Below the pieces are notes generated by a model. The model saw nothing but the letters and a program-made list of their open reading frames with translations, was not told where the DNA came from and searched no databases. Positions 9,793-19,642 of a stretch of 64,000 nt of DNA are shown here, in pieces. The stretch comes from Candidatus Eiseniibacteriota bacterium (GTDB taxonomy: Bacteria; Eisenbacteria; RBG-16-71-46), in contig CAVQXP010000004.1 of assembly GCA_963717935.1 (NCBI GenBank), positions 576,001 to 640,000 on the forward strand. The letters are read 5' to 3'. A program made the position numbers and the translations under genes. The number at the start of each line of letters is the position of its first letter. The stretch's first letter is position 1.

Positions 9793-9973
9793 CCCCGGGT
9801 AGATGGCCTTAACTATTTGTAATACAGTCGATTGCGTGGATTGGGTTGACCGCCCCGAACGCTTGGGTTGGGGGAATCGTCGCAACGACCGACGCTCTTG
9901 GGTCGCCCGACGCCCAGGGCGCCGGAGAGACCCGCCCGCCAGGACCACCGCCCGGCGGGGTCCGCGCCTTGGC

Positions 9974-11992
9974 TCAGGGCAACAGGACGAGCCGCGCCAT
10001 GCGCGTCAGGCCCGGCACGCTGAAGCGCGCGAAGTACAGACCCGCGGCGATCCCGTCGCCGCTCCCCCGCGGGCTCCAGCGCACTTCGTGGTGCCCCGCC
10101 TCGGTCTGGTCCGACACGACGCTCGCCACGCGCCGCCCCGAGAGGTCGAACACCTCCAGGCGGACTGGTGCCGCCATCGGCAGGTCATAGGCGAAGCGGA
10201 TCGCGTCGGTCGCGGGGTTCGGGCGCGGCGGGTAGAAGCGCAGCACGGTGGGCAGCCCGGGCGCCACGCCCGCGCCCACGGAGGTGACCCGCGCTCGCAG
10301 GGTCACGACCAGGTCGGGCTGGGGCTGGGCCCCGGGCAGCGCCTCGTCCGCGCTCGAGAAGGTGAGCGTGGCCTCGTAGGTCGAGTCGAACACGACCCCG
10401 GCCGTGTCGAGACGGATGGTATAGGAGGCCGGCGTCCCGCCGACCAGGGCGGGAGAGAAACCTCCCACGATCGAGAAGCGCCCGTCCCCGCCGGTGATGA
10501 CACCCGCGTTCAGGGCGAGTTGCGCCTGCAGGTCATCGTATCCCGGGTTGAAGACGTCGAGCGACGTGTCCTGGAAGGCCTCCGGCAGCCGCTCCCCGAA
10601 GTCGAGCGTGTCGGCCAGCACCGTGGCCAGCAGGTCGAGCGAAGCCGAGGCGTGGCGCAGGACCTTGCCCGAGAGCAACACGCTCTTCGACAGCGTGTCC
10701 GGGTCGTTCGTGGCGAGGGTGAGCGTGCCGCTCTTCACCCCGGCCGTGACGGTGCTCATGCCGATGGTCTGGCTGGTGGCCGTCGCACCCGCGGGTTGGG
10801 CGAAATCCCCCGGCGGTGCGGTGAAGTCGATGGGCGGGCTCAGGCTGTAGCGCAACGAGTCACCCGGCAGCGTGAGCGGGTTCGAGCCGGAGACCGTGTA
10901 GCCGACGGGCTGGGGCGCGATGTTCGAGATGGCGAGCGGCAGTTCGGCGGTCGCGCCGGTGATGACCGAGCCGAACACGAGCTGCGAGGCGGCCGAGATC
11001 TTGGCCGGCAGCCGGAGGACGGCGACCACCGGGATGTGGTCCGAAGCGTTCTTGAGCGCGGTCGCGATGGTGTAGCCCACGGCGTTGTTGAAGCCACCGC
11101 CGTTGATGTCCGTGTTGAAGTGCGCGCCGTCGTTGCCGTAGGTGTTGTAGGCCACGACCTCGAGTCCCTGTCCGTCCTGCGCGGAGTACGAGGAGAGCAG
11201 CAGGTCGAAGCGGTCGTCCATGCCGCCGCCGGAGAAGCTGATGCCCGGGATGCTGGGGCAGGTCGCGCACGCGCACTGCGTGTGCCAGAGCATGTAACCC
11301 GAGTTGTCGTGCCAGGAGCCCGGCATCAGCAGGTAGTCCTTGCAGCGCCCGTCGTTGTCGGTCTGCAGTTCGGTCAGCCGGATGTAGCCGCCCTCGTAGG
11401 CGCCGTAGAAGTTCGAATCGCCCCCGATGAGGAAGTTGGGGCCCGCCAGGGGTTGGTCCGTATTCAGGATGGTGGAGCGGATGTTCGTGCACTCGATGCG
11501 GCGGGCCGCCGAGTCCGCCACGCCCGCATTGAGGTGGATGGAGTAGAGGCGGAACCACCCCGGGTTGGTGCGATAGCCGACCGGCTTGACCAGGCACTGC
11601 AGGACCTTGCGGATGCCGCCGTCCGAGACGGCGCTGACGCTCACGATGCTCGCGGCCGCGGGTTTCCAGAACACCACCATGCCCTCGCCGGTGAGCACGT
11701 CCAGCCAGCTCGACCCCGTCCACTGCCCCGGCTGCACCACGTTGAGCACGTTGATGAGAAAGGAGTCGCGCGCCGCAGACGTGTCCAGCTCCTGGACGAT
11801 CAGGATGTCGGGGTCCATGGCCGCCATCACCGTGCGGAAGTCGGCCTGCCGCGGGGTGATGCCGATGGTCGAATTGTTGTAGCCGTACTGCAGCAGGTTC
11901 CAGGTCGCCACGCGCAGGGCGTGGGCCGGCGCGGCGACCGCGAGCAGCGCAGCCGCGCAGAGGAAGACGATTCGCCTCGGGCCGATTCTCAT
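9974..11992 (-). CDS. Exported endonuclease/exonuclease/phosphatase (EEP) family protein with Ig-like and C-terminal FlgD-like domains
   Basis: Signal peptide; LRVATWNL, ILIVQE, GGDSN and ASDH catalytic motifs; C-terminal PNP...VFDLSGRRV. Confidence 0.88.
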   Translation of the reverse strand: MRIGPRRIVFLCAAALLAVAAPAHALRVATWNLLQYGYNNSTIGITPRQADFRTVMAAMDPDILIVQELDTSAARDSFLINVLNVVQPGQWTGSSWLDVLTGEGMVVFWKPAAASIVSVSAVSDGGIRKVLQCLVKPVGYRTNPGWFRLYSIHLNAGVADSAARRIECTNIRSTILNTDQPLAGPNFLIGGDSNFYGAYEGGYIRLTELQTDNDGRCKDYLLMPGSWHDNSGYMLWHTQCACATCPSIPGISFSGGGMDDRFDLLLSSYSAQDGQGLEVVAYNTYGNDGAHFNTDINGGGFNNAVGYTIATALKNASDHIPVVAVLRLPAKISAASQLVFGSVITGATAELPLAISNIAPQPVGYTVSGSNPLTLPGDSLRYSLSPPIDFTAPPGDFAQPAGATATSQTIGMSTVTAGVKSGTLTLATNDPDTLSKSVLLSGKVLRHASASLDLLATVLADTLDFGERLPEAFQDTSLDVFNPGYDDLQAQLALNAGVITGGDGRFSIVGGFSPALVGGTPASYTIRLDTAGVVFDSTYEATLTFSSADEALPGAQPQPDLVVTLRARVTSVGAGVAPGLPTVLRFYPPRPNPATDAIRFAYDLPMAAPVRLEVFDLSGRRVASVVSDQTEAGHHEVRWSPRGSGDGIAAGLYFARFSVPGLTRMARLVLLP

Positions 11993-12001
11993 GTCACCTC
12001 T

Positions 12002-13978
12002 CTAGCGGACGATCGCGAGACGCACGGTCTGGGGTGGAAGTCCCTGCGCCGTCAGGCGCACGAAGTAGAGTCCCGAGCCCAGGGCGCCGGCGGTCTCGCC
12101 GCGGCCATCCCAGCGCAGGTTGTAGCGCCCGGGCGTGAACTCCCGGTCGGCGAGCAGCGCCACGCGGCGGCCCGAGAGGTCGAAGACCTCGAGACGCGCG
12201 CTGGTCATGCGCGCCAGGTCGAAGCGCAGCGTGCTGCCGGAGGTCAGCGGGTTCGGCATCGGCGTGTAGAGCCGCGTGGAGGTCGGGAGCGCCGGCTCGA
12301 CCGCCAGGGCGGAGTCGGCCGCGACGTGCGCGGCCAGCAGGTAGTGCACGTCGGGTTGCGCGGTGGCGCCGGGCAGCGGCTCGTCCGCGCTCGTGAAGGT
12401 GAGCGTGGCCTCGTAGGTCTGGCTCGCGGAGGCGCCCGTGGCGTCGAACTGCACGCCCCACCGCGCGGCCGTGCCCGCGACCAGCACCGGGCTGAAGCCG
12501 ATGATCGAGAAACGGCCGTCGCCGCCGGTGATCTGGGCGGCGCTCACCGAGAGCCGGGCGCGCAACGCCTCGTAGCCGCGGTCATGCACCGCGGCGAGCA
12601 AGGGGGTGAAGTCGCCGTCGGCGTGCTCGCCGAAGTCGAGCGTGTCCGCGACGACCGCCGCGAGCGAGTCGAGCGAGGCCTGCGCGTGATCGAGCACGGC
12701 GCCCGAGAGGCCGACCAGGGTGGTCGGGTCGTCCGGGGCGTCGGAGGAGATCGTGAGATTCCCGGACTTCAGGCCCACGCTGGCCGCGCTCATCGCGACC
12801 GGCGTCACGATCGATCCGCCCGCGGCCACGGCGAGCGGGCCCGGGGCGTCGAAGTCGGCCGGCGCGGCGAAGGTGCAGTTGAGCGAGTCGGCCGGCGCGA
12901 CGGCCGGGTTCGACACGGTCAGGTCCCGGCTCTGCGCCGGGGCGCCGACGATGACGCTGCCGAAGGCGAGGGCGTCGTCGGTGGTGAGCTTCGCCGGGAG
13001 CTGGATGTCCACGCGGACCGGGAGGTGGTCGCTGGCGTACCACAGCGCCCGGGCGTAGGCGGTGTCCGCCGGAAGGATCGGGGGGTCGGTGATGCTCAGG
13101 TTCAGGTGCTGGCCATCGTTGCCGACCGACTTGTAGGTCGAGGCCAGCAGCTCGAGCCCGGTCTGATCCTTCAGGTTGTAGGTCGGCAGGAACAGGTCGA
13201 ACCGGTCGTCCAGGCCGCCGCCGGAGTAGGACCCGCTGGGCCGGTACACCGTGGTCGAGGGGCACTGCGTGTGGATGCTGGCGAAGGCGGCGTTGTCCTG
13301 CCAGGTGCCGACCGCATTGAGCGGGTCATAGACGCGGCCGTCATTGTCGGCCTGGGACTCGAGGAACTTCTGGAAGCCCGATTCCGTGCTCGTGTAGATG
13401 TTGAAATCGCCGGTGATGATGCAGTGCGTCCCCGGCGGAACGTTGTTCATGGTGTCACGCAGGCCCGTCGCCTCGCGCAGGCGCTGGGCCGCGTCGGAGG
13501 TGCCGGCCTTGAGGTGCACGGAGTAGATCCTGAGTTCGGCGGCATCGGCGGAGTAGCCCACCGGCTTCAGCCGGTATTCGTTCACGTAGCGCGTCATGTC
13601 CGCCGAGACGAAGAAGGCCCGCTGGCCGAGGAACGCCACCTTCGCCGGCTTGTAGACGAGCATGTTGTTCGATTCCGGGCCGGCCGTGTACGGGGCCGAA
13701 CTCCACTGGCCCGGCTCCAGGACGTTCAGCACGTTCAAGCGGAAGGAGTCTATCCCCGCCGAGCTGTAGAGCTCTTGCGCGACGACGACATCGGCCCCGA
13801 GGGGCGACATCACGGTCCGGAAGTACGGGTTCCGGCCCGACACGTTCACGTTGGGGTAGTACATGAGGTTGTAGTTCACCACCCGCAGCGCATGGGCCGG
13901 AGGGACGAGCAGCAGCGCTAGGAATGCCACCGCGGAGTAGGTGCGCCAGCCGAGCGCGGGCCGGATCTGGGGGGCCAT
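12002..13978 (-). CDS. Exported EEP family protein, paralog of 9974..11992
   Basis: LRVVNYNL, VVAQE, TGDFN and ASDH motifs; shared SGGG(L/M)DDRFDL; FlgD-like C-terminus with WDGR. Confidence 0.88.
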   Translation of the reverse strand: MAPQIRPALGWRTYSAVAFLALLLVPPAHALRVVNYNLMYYPNVNVSGRNPYFRTVMSPLGADVVVAQELYSSAGIDSFRLNVLNVLEPGQWSSAPYTAGPESNNMLVYKPAKVAFLGQRAFFVSADMTRYVNEYRLKPVGYSADAAELRIYSVHLKAGTSDAAQRLREATGLRDTMNNVPPGTHCIITGDFNIYTSTESGFQKFLESQADNDGRVYDPLNAVGTWQDNAAFASIHTQCPSTTVYRPSGSYSGGGLDDRFDLFLPTYNLKDQTGLELLASTYKSVGNDGQHLNLSITDPPILPADTAYARALWYASDHLPVRVDIQLPAKLTTDDALAFGSVIVGAPAQSRDLTVSNPAVAPADSLNCTFAAPADFDAPGPLAVAAGGSIVTPVAMSAASVGLKSGNLTISSDAPDDPTTLVGLSGAVLDHAQASLDSLAAVVADTLDFGEHADGDFTPLLAAVHDRGYEALRARLSVSAAQITGGDGRFSIIGFSPVLVAGTAARWGVQFDATGASASQTYEATLTFTSADEPLPGATAQPDVHYLLAAHVAADSALAVEPALPTSTRLYTPMPNPLTSGSTLRFDLARMTSARLEVFDLSGRRVALLADREFTPGRYNLRWDGRGETAGALGSGLYFVRLTAQGLPPQTVRLAIVR

Positions 13979-14283
13979 GGAGACTCCTGAGTTGGGCTGT
14001 GGTGGCCCGGCTGCGCGTGGTCAGGGGCGGACCCGCCGCCGTCGGGGGCGACTATGGAGTCGTGGATTGTCACCAATAGTGTAGTTCGTCCCTCCGTCTT
14101 CCCGCCAGTGCGATCCCGCGCAGAGCGCCGCTCGCGCGGTGCTGGCCGCGTTGCGGAATGCCCGATGGGAGTATCGGAAGAGGCCGCTTCCGGTTGGATG
14201 CCTCCCCGGCCGCCGGGGTTCACTTTCCGGCGAGGAAGGCGCGTCGTCCGCGGGGGGCGAGCGGCGCCCGCCCCGCCCGCGGC

Positions 14284-14562
14284 TCAGGTCTCCGGGGTCT
14301 CGCGCACCAGCGCCCGCGCCGCCGCCTTGCTCAACGAGCCCCGGGGCAACTCGAGGATCTCGAGCGTACGGGAGCGGCGGCCGTCTTCCGGGGCGTCACG
14401 GGTGCTCCCCCGGGCGAGTGTCACGCGGTCGCCAGCGCGGGCCTCGCGGCTCGGCTTGGCCGGCGCGCCGTTGAGCCGTACGAGGCCCTGCTGGATGGCC
14501 TCGCCGGCCTGGGACCGGCTCTTGAAGAGCCGCAATTCGAAGAGCAGCACGTCGAGGCGCAT
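14284..14562 (-). CDS. S4 RNA-binding domain protein (Hsp15-like)
   Basis: MRLD...LFKSRSQA...G-VRLNG..AKPS...GD S4 signature. Confidence 0.88.
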   Translation of the reverse strand: MRLDVLLFELRLFKSRSQAGEAIQQGLVRLNGAPAKPSREARAGDRVTLARGSTRDAPEDGRRSRTLEILELPRGSLSKAAARALVRETPET

Positions 14563-14591
14563 GGCGTCATCCGCGGGCGTGCCCGTTCAGA

Positions 14592-15734
14592 TCAGGGCAG
14601 GAAGTAGAACGCGATACCGAGAACCAGGTAGACGGCGACCAGCAGCACGCCCTCGAGCCAGTTGGATTCGCCATCCTGCGCCACCAGATGGACCGCCGCC
14701 ACGGAGATGGCGACCGACACCACCTCGAACGGCGTGAAGCGCAGGTCCATCGGACCGCGCTTCATGAAGTACGAGAGGAAGACCAGCAGCGGCGCGACGA
14801 ACAGCGCGATCTGGATGCTCGAACCGATGGCGATGTTGAGGGCGAGGTCCATCTGGTTGCGCGCGGCCATCAACACCGCGGTCGAGTGCTCGGCGGCATT
14901 GCCGATCGTGGCGACCACGATGACGCCCACGAACACGGGCGTGAGCCCGAGCGCGTGCGAAGCCTCGTCCACCGCCCCGACGAGCAGCTCGCTCATCCAC
15001 GCCACGAGCAGCGTGGCGCCGAGCAGCATCAGCGCGGGTCGCCAGGTGGGGGCGCGCGTCCGCCCGGCGGCGCCGCCGGGTTCCGCGGTCACCTGCACGC
15101 CGGCGTAGAGATGGCGGTGGGTGCCAAGGCTGAAGACGAGGCTCAGCAGGTAGGCGATGAACAGGACCACCGCGATCTCGAGCGAGAGGTCCCGCTCGCG
15201 CAGCGCCTCCTGTGCCGCCGTGAGCGCCGCCCGCGCGACCGCGTTCGAGGCCACCACGTTGAAGAGCGCGGGCACGACCAGGCCGATGGCGGCGAGGGCC
15301 AGCAGGGTCGAGCCCATCGAGGCGGCCGCGCGGTCGAAGGTCTGGCGCTCGCGGCGCAGGCCGCCGGCGAAGAGGGCGACCCCCAGCACGAGCAGGCTGT
15401 TGCCGAGGATCGAGCCGGTGAGGCTCGCCTTCACGATGTCGTCGAGCCCGCGCCGCAGCGCGGCCAGCGCGATGACCAGTTCGGCCGCGTTGCCGAAGGT
15501 GGCGTTCAGCAGGCCGCCCACGCCGGCGCCGAAGCGGCGCGCGAGGGTCTCGGTGGCCTCGCCCATCGCGCCGGCCAGCGGCACGATGGCGAGAGCGGCG
15601 CAGGCGAAGACGGCGACGCCGCTCCAGTGGAGCTGGTGCGCGATCGCCGCGAGCGGCACGAAGAGCAGCAGCCATCGGAGGAGGTGTGTGGGGGCCGCGA
15701 ACGGGCGGGGCGAGGACGTGCGCGCGGAGGTCAT
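14592..15734 (-). CDS. cax: Calcium/proton exchanger (CaCA family, CAX/ChaA type)
   Basis: Alpha repeats [11 protein letters not shown] and [28 protein letters not shown]. Confidence 0.93.
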   Translation of the reverse strand: MTSARTSSPRPFAAPTHLLRWLLLFVPLAAIAHQLHWSGVAVFACAALAIVPLAGAMGEATETLARRFGAGVGGLLNATFGNAAELVIALAALRRGLDDIVKASLTGSILGNSLLVLGVALFAGGLRRERQTFDRAAASMGSTLLALAAIGLVVPALFNVVASNAVARAALTAAQEALRERDLSLEIAVVLFIAYLLSLVFSLGTHRHLYAGVQVTAEPGGAAGRTRAPTWRPALMLLGATLLVAWMSELLVGAVDEASHALGLTPVFVGVIVVATIGNAAEHSTAVLMAARNQMDLALNIAIGSSIQIALFVAPLLVFLSYFMKRGPMDLRFTPFEVVSVAISVAAVHLVAQDGESNWLEGVLLVAVYLVLGIAFYFLP

Positions 15735-15792
15735 CGCGCGGGACTGTGCCCCAGCGGCCGGCCGGGCTCAAGTCCGATCGGGAGGTGGGCGT

Positions 15793-15937
15793 GGGGTCGG
15801 GGTCCGGGGCCATGCAGCGAACGTCGCAGGGTCGTCTTTCGGCCACGATGGCCGAAAGACGACATTGCGGAGGCGTCAAGCGGCGCCAGGAAGGCGCCGC
15901 AAGCCGTGTTCGCTGCATGGCCCCGGACCCCGACCCC
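15793..15937. repeat. Nested palindromic element with perfect 30-bp terminal inverted repeats
   Basis: 15793-15822 is the exact reverse complement of 15908-15937; internal 15-bp (15831-15863) and 8-bp (15880-15900) hairpins. Confidence 0.85.
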
Positions 15938-15972
15938 GGACCGTGACTCCGGACGAGTGCGCCGCCAACGCG

Positions 15973-16000
15973 ACGGGCGGGGTCTCTCGACCCCGCCCGT
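15973..16000 (-). terminator. Hairpin downstream of nrdJ, probable terminator
   Basis: 12-bp stem acgggcggggtc/gaccccgcccgt 30 nt after the stop; weak U tail. Confidence 0.55.
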
Positions 16001-16030
16001 GCGCTGGATCCCTCTATCGCGAGCGAAGGA

Positions 16031-19000
16031 TCACGAACAGCCCAGGGATGTCCCGCAGTTGAGGCACTTGTAGCAGGTGCCGTTGCGGATGGTGATGTGT
16101 CCGCAGTTGTCGCACAGTGGCGCGTCGCCCGGGAACTTACCGAGCTGGGCATCCGGACCGCTCTCGACGCCATGCGCCTCCATGCGCGCCCGGACCGCGG
16201 ACGGTGCCGCGGACGGTGCCGCAGCGTGCGTCCCGCCGCCGCCGTTCTCGGCCGTGCGGTGCTCGCGTCCCACGGGATGACCGATGGCGTGGACCTTCGG
16301 CTGGCCCACCAGGCTCTCGTCCACGATGTGCGCGAGATCGGTGCGGCCGAGGTACTCGATGCCGAGCACGCGGAACACGTAGTCCACGACGCTGGTGCAG
16401 GCGCGGAGGTTGTCGTGCCCGTCCACGCGGCCGTGCGGCTCGAAGCGCGTGAAACAGAACTGGTCCACCAGGTCGTCGAGCGGCACGCCGTACTGGAGCC
16501 CCATCGACACGGAGATGGCGAAGCAGTTCATCATGCTGCGGAACGCGGCGCCCTCCTTGTGCATGTCGATGAAGATCTCGCCGACCGTGCCGTCCTCGTA
16601 CTCGCCGGTGCGCAGGAAGACCTTGTGCCCGCCGATGCGCGCCTCCTGCGTGAAGCCGTGGCGCCGTTTCGGCAGGCGGCGCCGGCGCAGCCTGGGCGGC
16701 GAGTTCTTCTCGGGCTCCTCGGCCCTGCGGGTCGTTGCCAGCGGCTGGCTCATCTTGGAGCCGTCGCGGTACAGCGCGACCGCCTTGAGGCCCAACTTCC
16801 AGGACTCGAAGTAGATCTTCTCGACGCCCTCGACGGTGGCCTCCTGCGGCAGGTTCACGGTCTTGCTGATGGCGCCCGAGATGAACGGCTGCACCGCCGC
16901 CATCATGCGGACGTGTCCCATGGGCTCGATGAAGCGCGACCCGTGCGGACCACAGCGGTTGGCGCAATCGAAGACCGGCAGGTGCTCGGACCGCAGGCCC
17001 GGCGCGCCCTCGACCGTGAGGTTGCCGCACACCACGGCGTTGGCCTCCTCGATCTGCGCGTCGGTGAAGCCGAGGTAGGGCAGCAGGCAGAAGCCCGGCT
17101 TCTCGCGCTCGGCGACGCTGACCCCGAGACGGGTGAGCGCGTCGTCGCCGATCATGCCGCGCGAGAAGGCGAAGCGCAGGTGGAGCGTCCCCGGCAGCGC
17201 CTCGTCGATGCGGCGGACCTCGGATTCGCGCAGGCCCTTGTGGAGCAGCACGTCGGGGTGCACGTGCGGCGCGCCCTCGAGCGTGCCGGTCCCGATCGCC
17301 CAGCGGCCGATGCGCTCGATCTCGACCTGCCCGTAACCCAGGCGGCGCAGCGCCGCGGGCACGGACTGGTTCACGATCTTGAAATGGCCGCCGCCCGCCA
17401 GCTTCTTGAACTTGACCAGCGCGAAGTCGGGCTCGACGCCGGTCGTGTCACAGTCCATCAGGAGTCCGATGGTGCCGGTGGGGGCGAGCACCGTGGCCTG
17501 GGCGTTGCGGAAGCCGTGGATGGTGCCGAGCGCGATGGCGCGGTTCCAGCACTCGACCGCGGCCTGGCGCAGGTCGCGGGGCGCGACGCGCGGGTCGATG
17601 GACTGCGCCGCCTCGCGGTGCAGGCGCATGACCTCGAGCATGCTGTCGCGGTTCTCGCCGTAGCGAGCGAACGGTCCGCGGCTGGCGGCGATCTCGGCCG
17701 ACAGCGCGTAGGCCTCGCCGGTCATGGTGGCCGTGACGCAGGCCGCGTAGGCGCGGGCGTCCTCGCTGTCGTAGGGCAGCCCCTGCACCATGAGCGCCGT
17801 GCCGAGGTTGGCGTAGCCCAGCCCCAGCGGGCGGAATTCGTGCGAGCGGCGCGTGATCTTCTCGGTCGGATACGACGCGAAGTCCACCGCGATCTCCTGC
17901 GCCAGGAAGAACAGGCGGCAGGCGTGGCGGTAGCCCTCCACGTCGAAGCTGCCGTCGGTGTGCAGGAACTTCATCAGGTTCACCGACGCCAGGTTGCAGG
18001 AGGTATCGTCCAGGAACACGTACTCGCTACAGGGGTTCGTGGCGTGGATGCGGTCGGTCGTCTTGCAGGTGTGCCACTTCTGGATGGTGTCGTCGAACTG
18101 CACGCCCGGGTCGGCGCACTGCCACGCGGCGCCGGCGATCTCGCGCCACATCTCGCGGGCGCGCAGCGTCTCGTAGACCTCGCCGGTGGTGCGGAACGTG
18201 GTCTGCCAGGGCAGATCGTCCGCCACCGCGTGCATGAAACGGTCGGGCAGGCGCACCGAGTTGTTGGAGTTCTGTCCGGAGACCGTGCCGTAGGCTTCGG
18301 CGTTGAAGTCCGACGAGTAGCCGGCCGCCACCAGGGCCGCGACCTTCTTCTCTTCGCGCATCTTCCAGCGGATGAAGTCGAGGATCTCGGGGTGATCGGC
18401 ATCGAGCACGACCATCTTGGCCGCGCGGCGCGTGGTGCCGCCGGACTTGGTGGCGCCCGCGCCCTTGTCGAGCACCTCGAGGAAGGACATCAGACCCGAG
18501 GAGGTGCCGCCGCCCGAGAGCCGCTCCATGCGCCCGCGCAGCCGGGAGAAGTTCGTGCCCGTGCCGGAGCCGTACTTGAAGACGCGCGCCTCGTTGCGGG
18601 CGAGCTCGAAGATGCTCATCAGGTCGTCGTCCACCGACTGGATGAAGCAGGCGGACACCTGCGGGTGCGAATAGGAATCGGTGGTGGTCAGGACCGCATC
18701 GGCATCGGCGTCCCAGTGGTGGTTGCCGCCCGAGCCGCTGATGCCGTACTCGTGCCACAGGCCGCAGTTGAACCACACCGGCGAGTTGAAGGCGCCGATC
18801 TGGTGCACCAGCATCCAGGCGAGCTCGGCCTCGAAGGCGTCGGCGTCATCCGGGCTCGCGAAGTAGCCACCCTGCTGCTCGCCGCTCGCGCGGAGCGTGT
18901 GCGCGATGCGATGCACGACCTGCCGCACGCTGGTCTCGTGCCCGGGTTTGCCGGGGAGCCCCGCCTTGCGGAAATACTTGCTCACCACGATGTCGGTGGC

Positions 19001-19228
19001 GAGCTGCGACCACGCGGACGGCACCTCGATATCGTCCATCTGGAAGACGACCGAGCCGTCGGGGTTCGCGATGACGGTGCGCCGTCTTTCCCACGCGATC
19101 TCGTCGAGCGGATTCACGCCCGGTCGCGTGAAACGGCGCGGCACGTGGAGTCCGGCGTGGGTGGGTGGAGCGAGCGCGGTGGTGGCGAGCGACGCGGAGC
19201 CCGCGCGGCCGGTGAGCGTCTGGGTCAT
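16031..19228 (-). CDS. nrdJ: Adenosylcobalamin-dependent class II ribonucleotide reductase
   Basis: FNSPVWFN, SACFI, TNPCSE, APTGTIG and GAISKTVN motifs; TSCPD-like C-terminal domain and CxxC/CLNCGTSLGCS tail; GGAGG RBS. Confidence 0.96.
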   Translation of the reverse strand: MTQTLTGRAGSASLATTALAPPTHAGLHVPRRFTRPGVNPLDEIAWERRRTVIANPDGSVVFQMDDIEVPSAWSQLATDIVVSKYFRKAGLPGKPGHETSVRQVVHRIAHTLRASGEQQGGYFASPDDADAFEAELAWMLVHQIGAFNSPVWFNCGLWHEYGISGSGGNHHWDADADAVLTTTDSYSHPQVSACFIQSVDDDLMSIFELARNEARVFKYGSGTGTNFSRLRGRMERLSGGGTSSGLMSFLEVLDKGAGATKSGGTTRRAAKMVVLDADHPEILDFIRWKMREEKKVAALVAAGYSSDFNAEAYGTVSGQNSNNSVRLPDRFMHAVADDLPWQTTFRTTGEVYETLRAREMWREIAGAAWQCADPGVQFDDTIQKWHTCKTTDRIHATNPCSEYVFLDDTSCNLASVNLMKFLHTDGSFDVEGYRHACRLFFLAQEIAVDFASYPTEKITRRSHEFRPLGLGYANLGTALMVQGLPYDSEDARAYAACVTATMTGEAYALSAEIAASRGPFARYGENRDSMLEVMRLHREAAQSIDPRVAPRDLRQAAVECWNRAIALGTIHGFRNAQATVLAPTGTIGLLMDCDTTGVEPDFALVKFKKLAGGGHFKIVNQSVPAALRRLGYGQVEIERIGRWAIGTGTLEGAPHVHPDVLLHKGLRESEVRRIDEALPGTLHLRFAFSRGMIGDDALTRLGVSVAEREKPGFCLLPYLGFTDAQIEEANAVVCGNLTVEGAPGLRSEHLPVFDCANRCGPHGSRFIEPMGHVRMMAAVQPFISGAISKTVNLPQEATVEGVEKIYFESWKLGLKAVALYRDGSKMSQPLATTRRAEEPEKNSPPRLRRRRLPKRRHGFTQEARIGGHKVFLRTGEYEDGTVGEIFIDMHKEGAAFRSMMNCFAISVSMGLQYGVPLDDLVDQFCFTRFEPHGRVDGHDNLRACTSVVDYVFRVLGIEYLGRTDLAHIVDESLVGQPKVHAIGHPVGREHRTAENGGGGTHAAAPSAAPSAVRARMEAHGVESGPDAQLGKFPGDAPLCDNCGHITIRNGTCYKCLNCGTSLGCS

Positions 19229-19444
19229 GGGGACCTCCCTGGTCCTCCTCGCGCCGAGGAACCCTTCCAGACAATCGGACCGCGGTGGCGCGGCGTCGGA
19301 GTTGCACGCGCCCGCGCGGTTCGATTCGCAGTGACCCTTGCTTCTTGTCCGCTCGATGCAACAGAAGCGGCCAGTGTCTTGCGTGATTGGAAGGTTGCTT
19401 TCCGTTCACCCGCGAGGAGTCATTCATGGCGAACGGTGCAATGC

Positions 19445-19453
19445 TTTATACCA
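19445..19453 (-). promoter_or_regulatory. Candidate extended -10 promoter for nrdJ
   Basis: Minus strand TGGTATAAA (TGn-TATAAA), a rare AT-rich patch about 215 nt upstream of the ATG. Confidence 0.45.
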
Positions 19454-19642
19454 CCGCTTCACGCACCTTGCGCAAGGGCGAAGTTCACCGCGGCGGATGC
19501 GGCTGCGATGCGCCCACCCTGTTTCCGCGCAGGAACGACGGGGTCGCCACGCGACACCGCCGGACGCGAGGCGTGGAGCGCGCGGTGACCGCGGACGCCT
19601 GCGCAAGTCCGGTGCCGCGACACGCGAGGCCTGGCGGCGTGG

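Noticed and set aside
9803..13921. 1372-aa plus-strand ORF, and similar long ORFs at 16097..19588, 23786..26980, 45489..48941 and 58438..61842
   Set aside because: Shadow ORFs antisense or off-frame to well-supported genes, expected from high GC3 codon bias; no motifs.
13979..14283. Riboswitch or sRNA in the 305-bp gap upstream of the EEP genes
   Set aside because: Only short GC hairpins and a -10-like TACACT; no recognisable consensus.
16031..19228. Intein or intron in the long nrdJ
   Set aside because: No intein terminal motifs or homing endonuclease signature seen; the length is explained by the usual insertion and TSCPD/Zn-ribbon tail.
19229..19450. Cobalamin riboswitch upstream of nrdJ
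   Set aside because: Conserved elements (GGGAA, GCCCCCGCAACTGT, B12 box) are not present in the right order.
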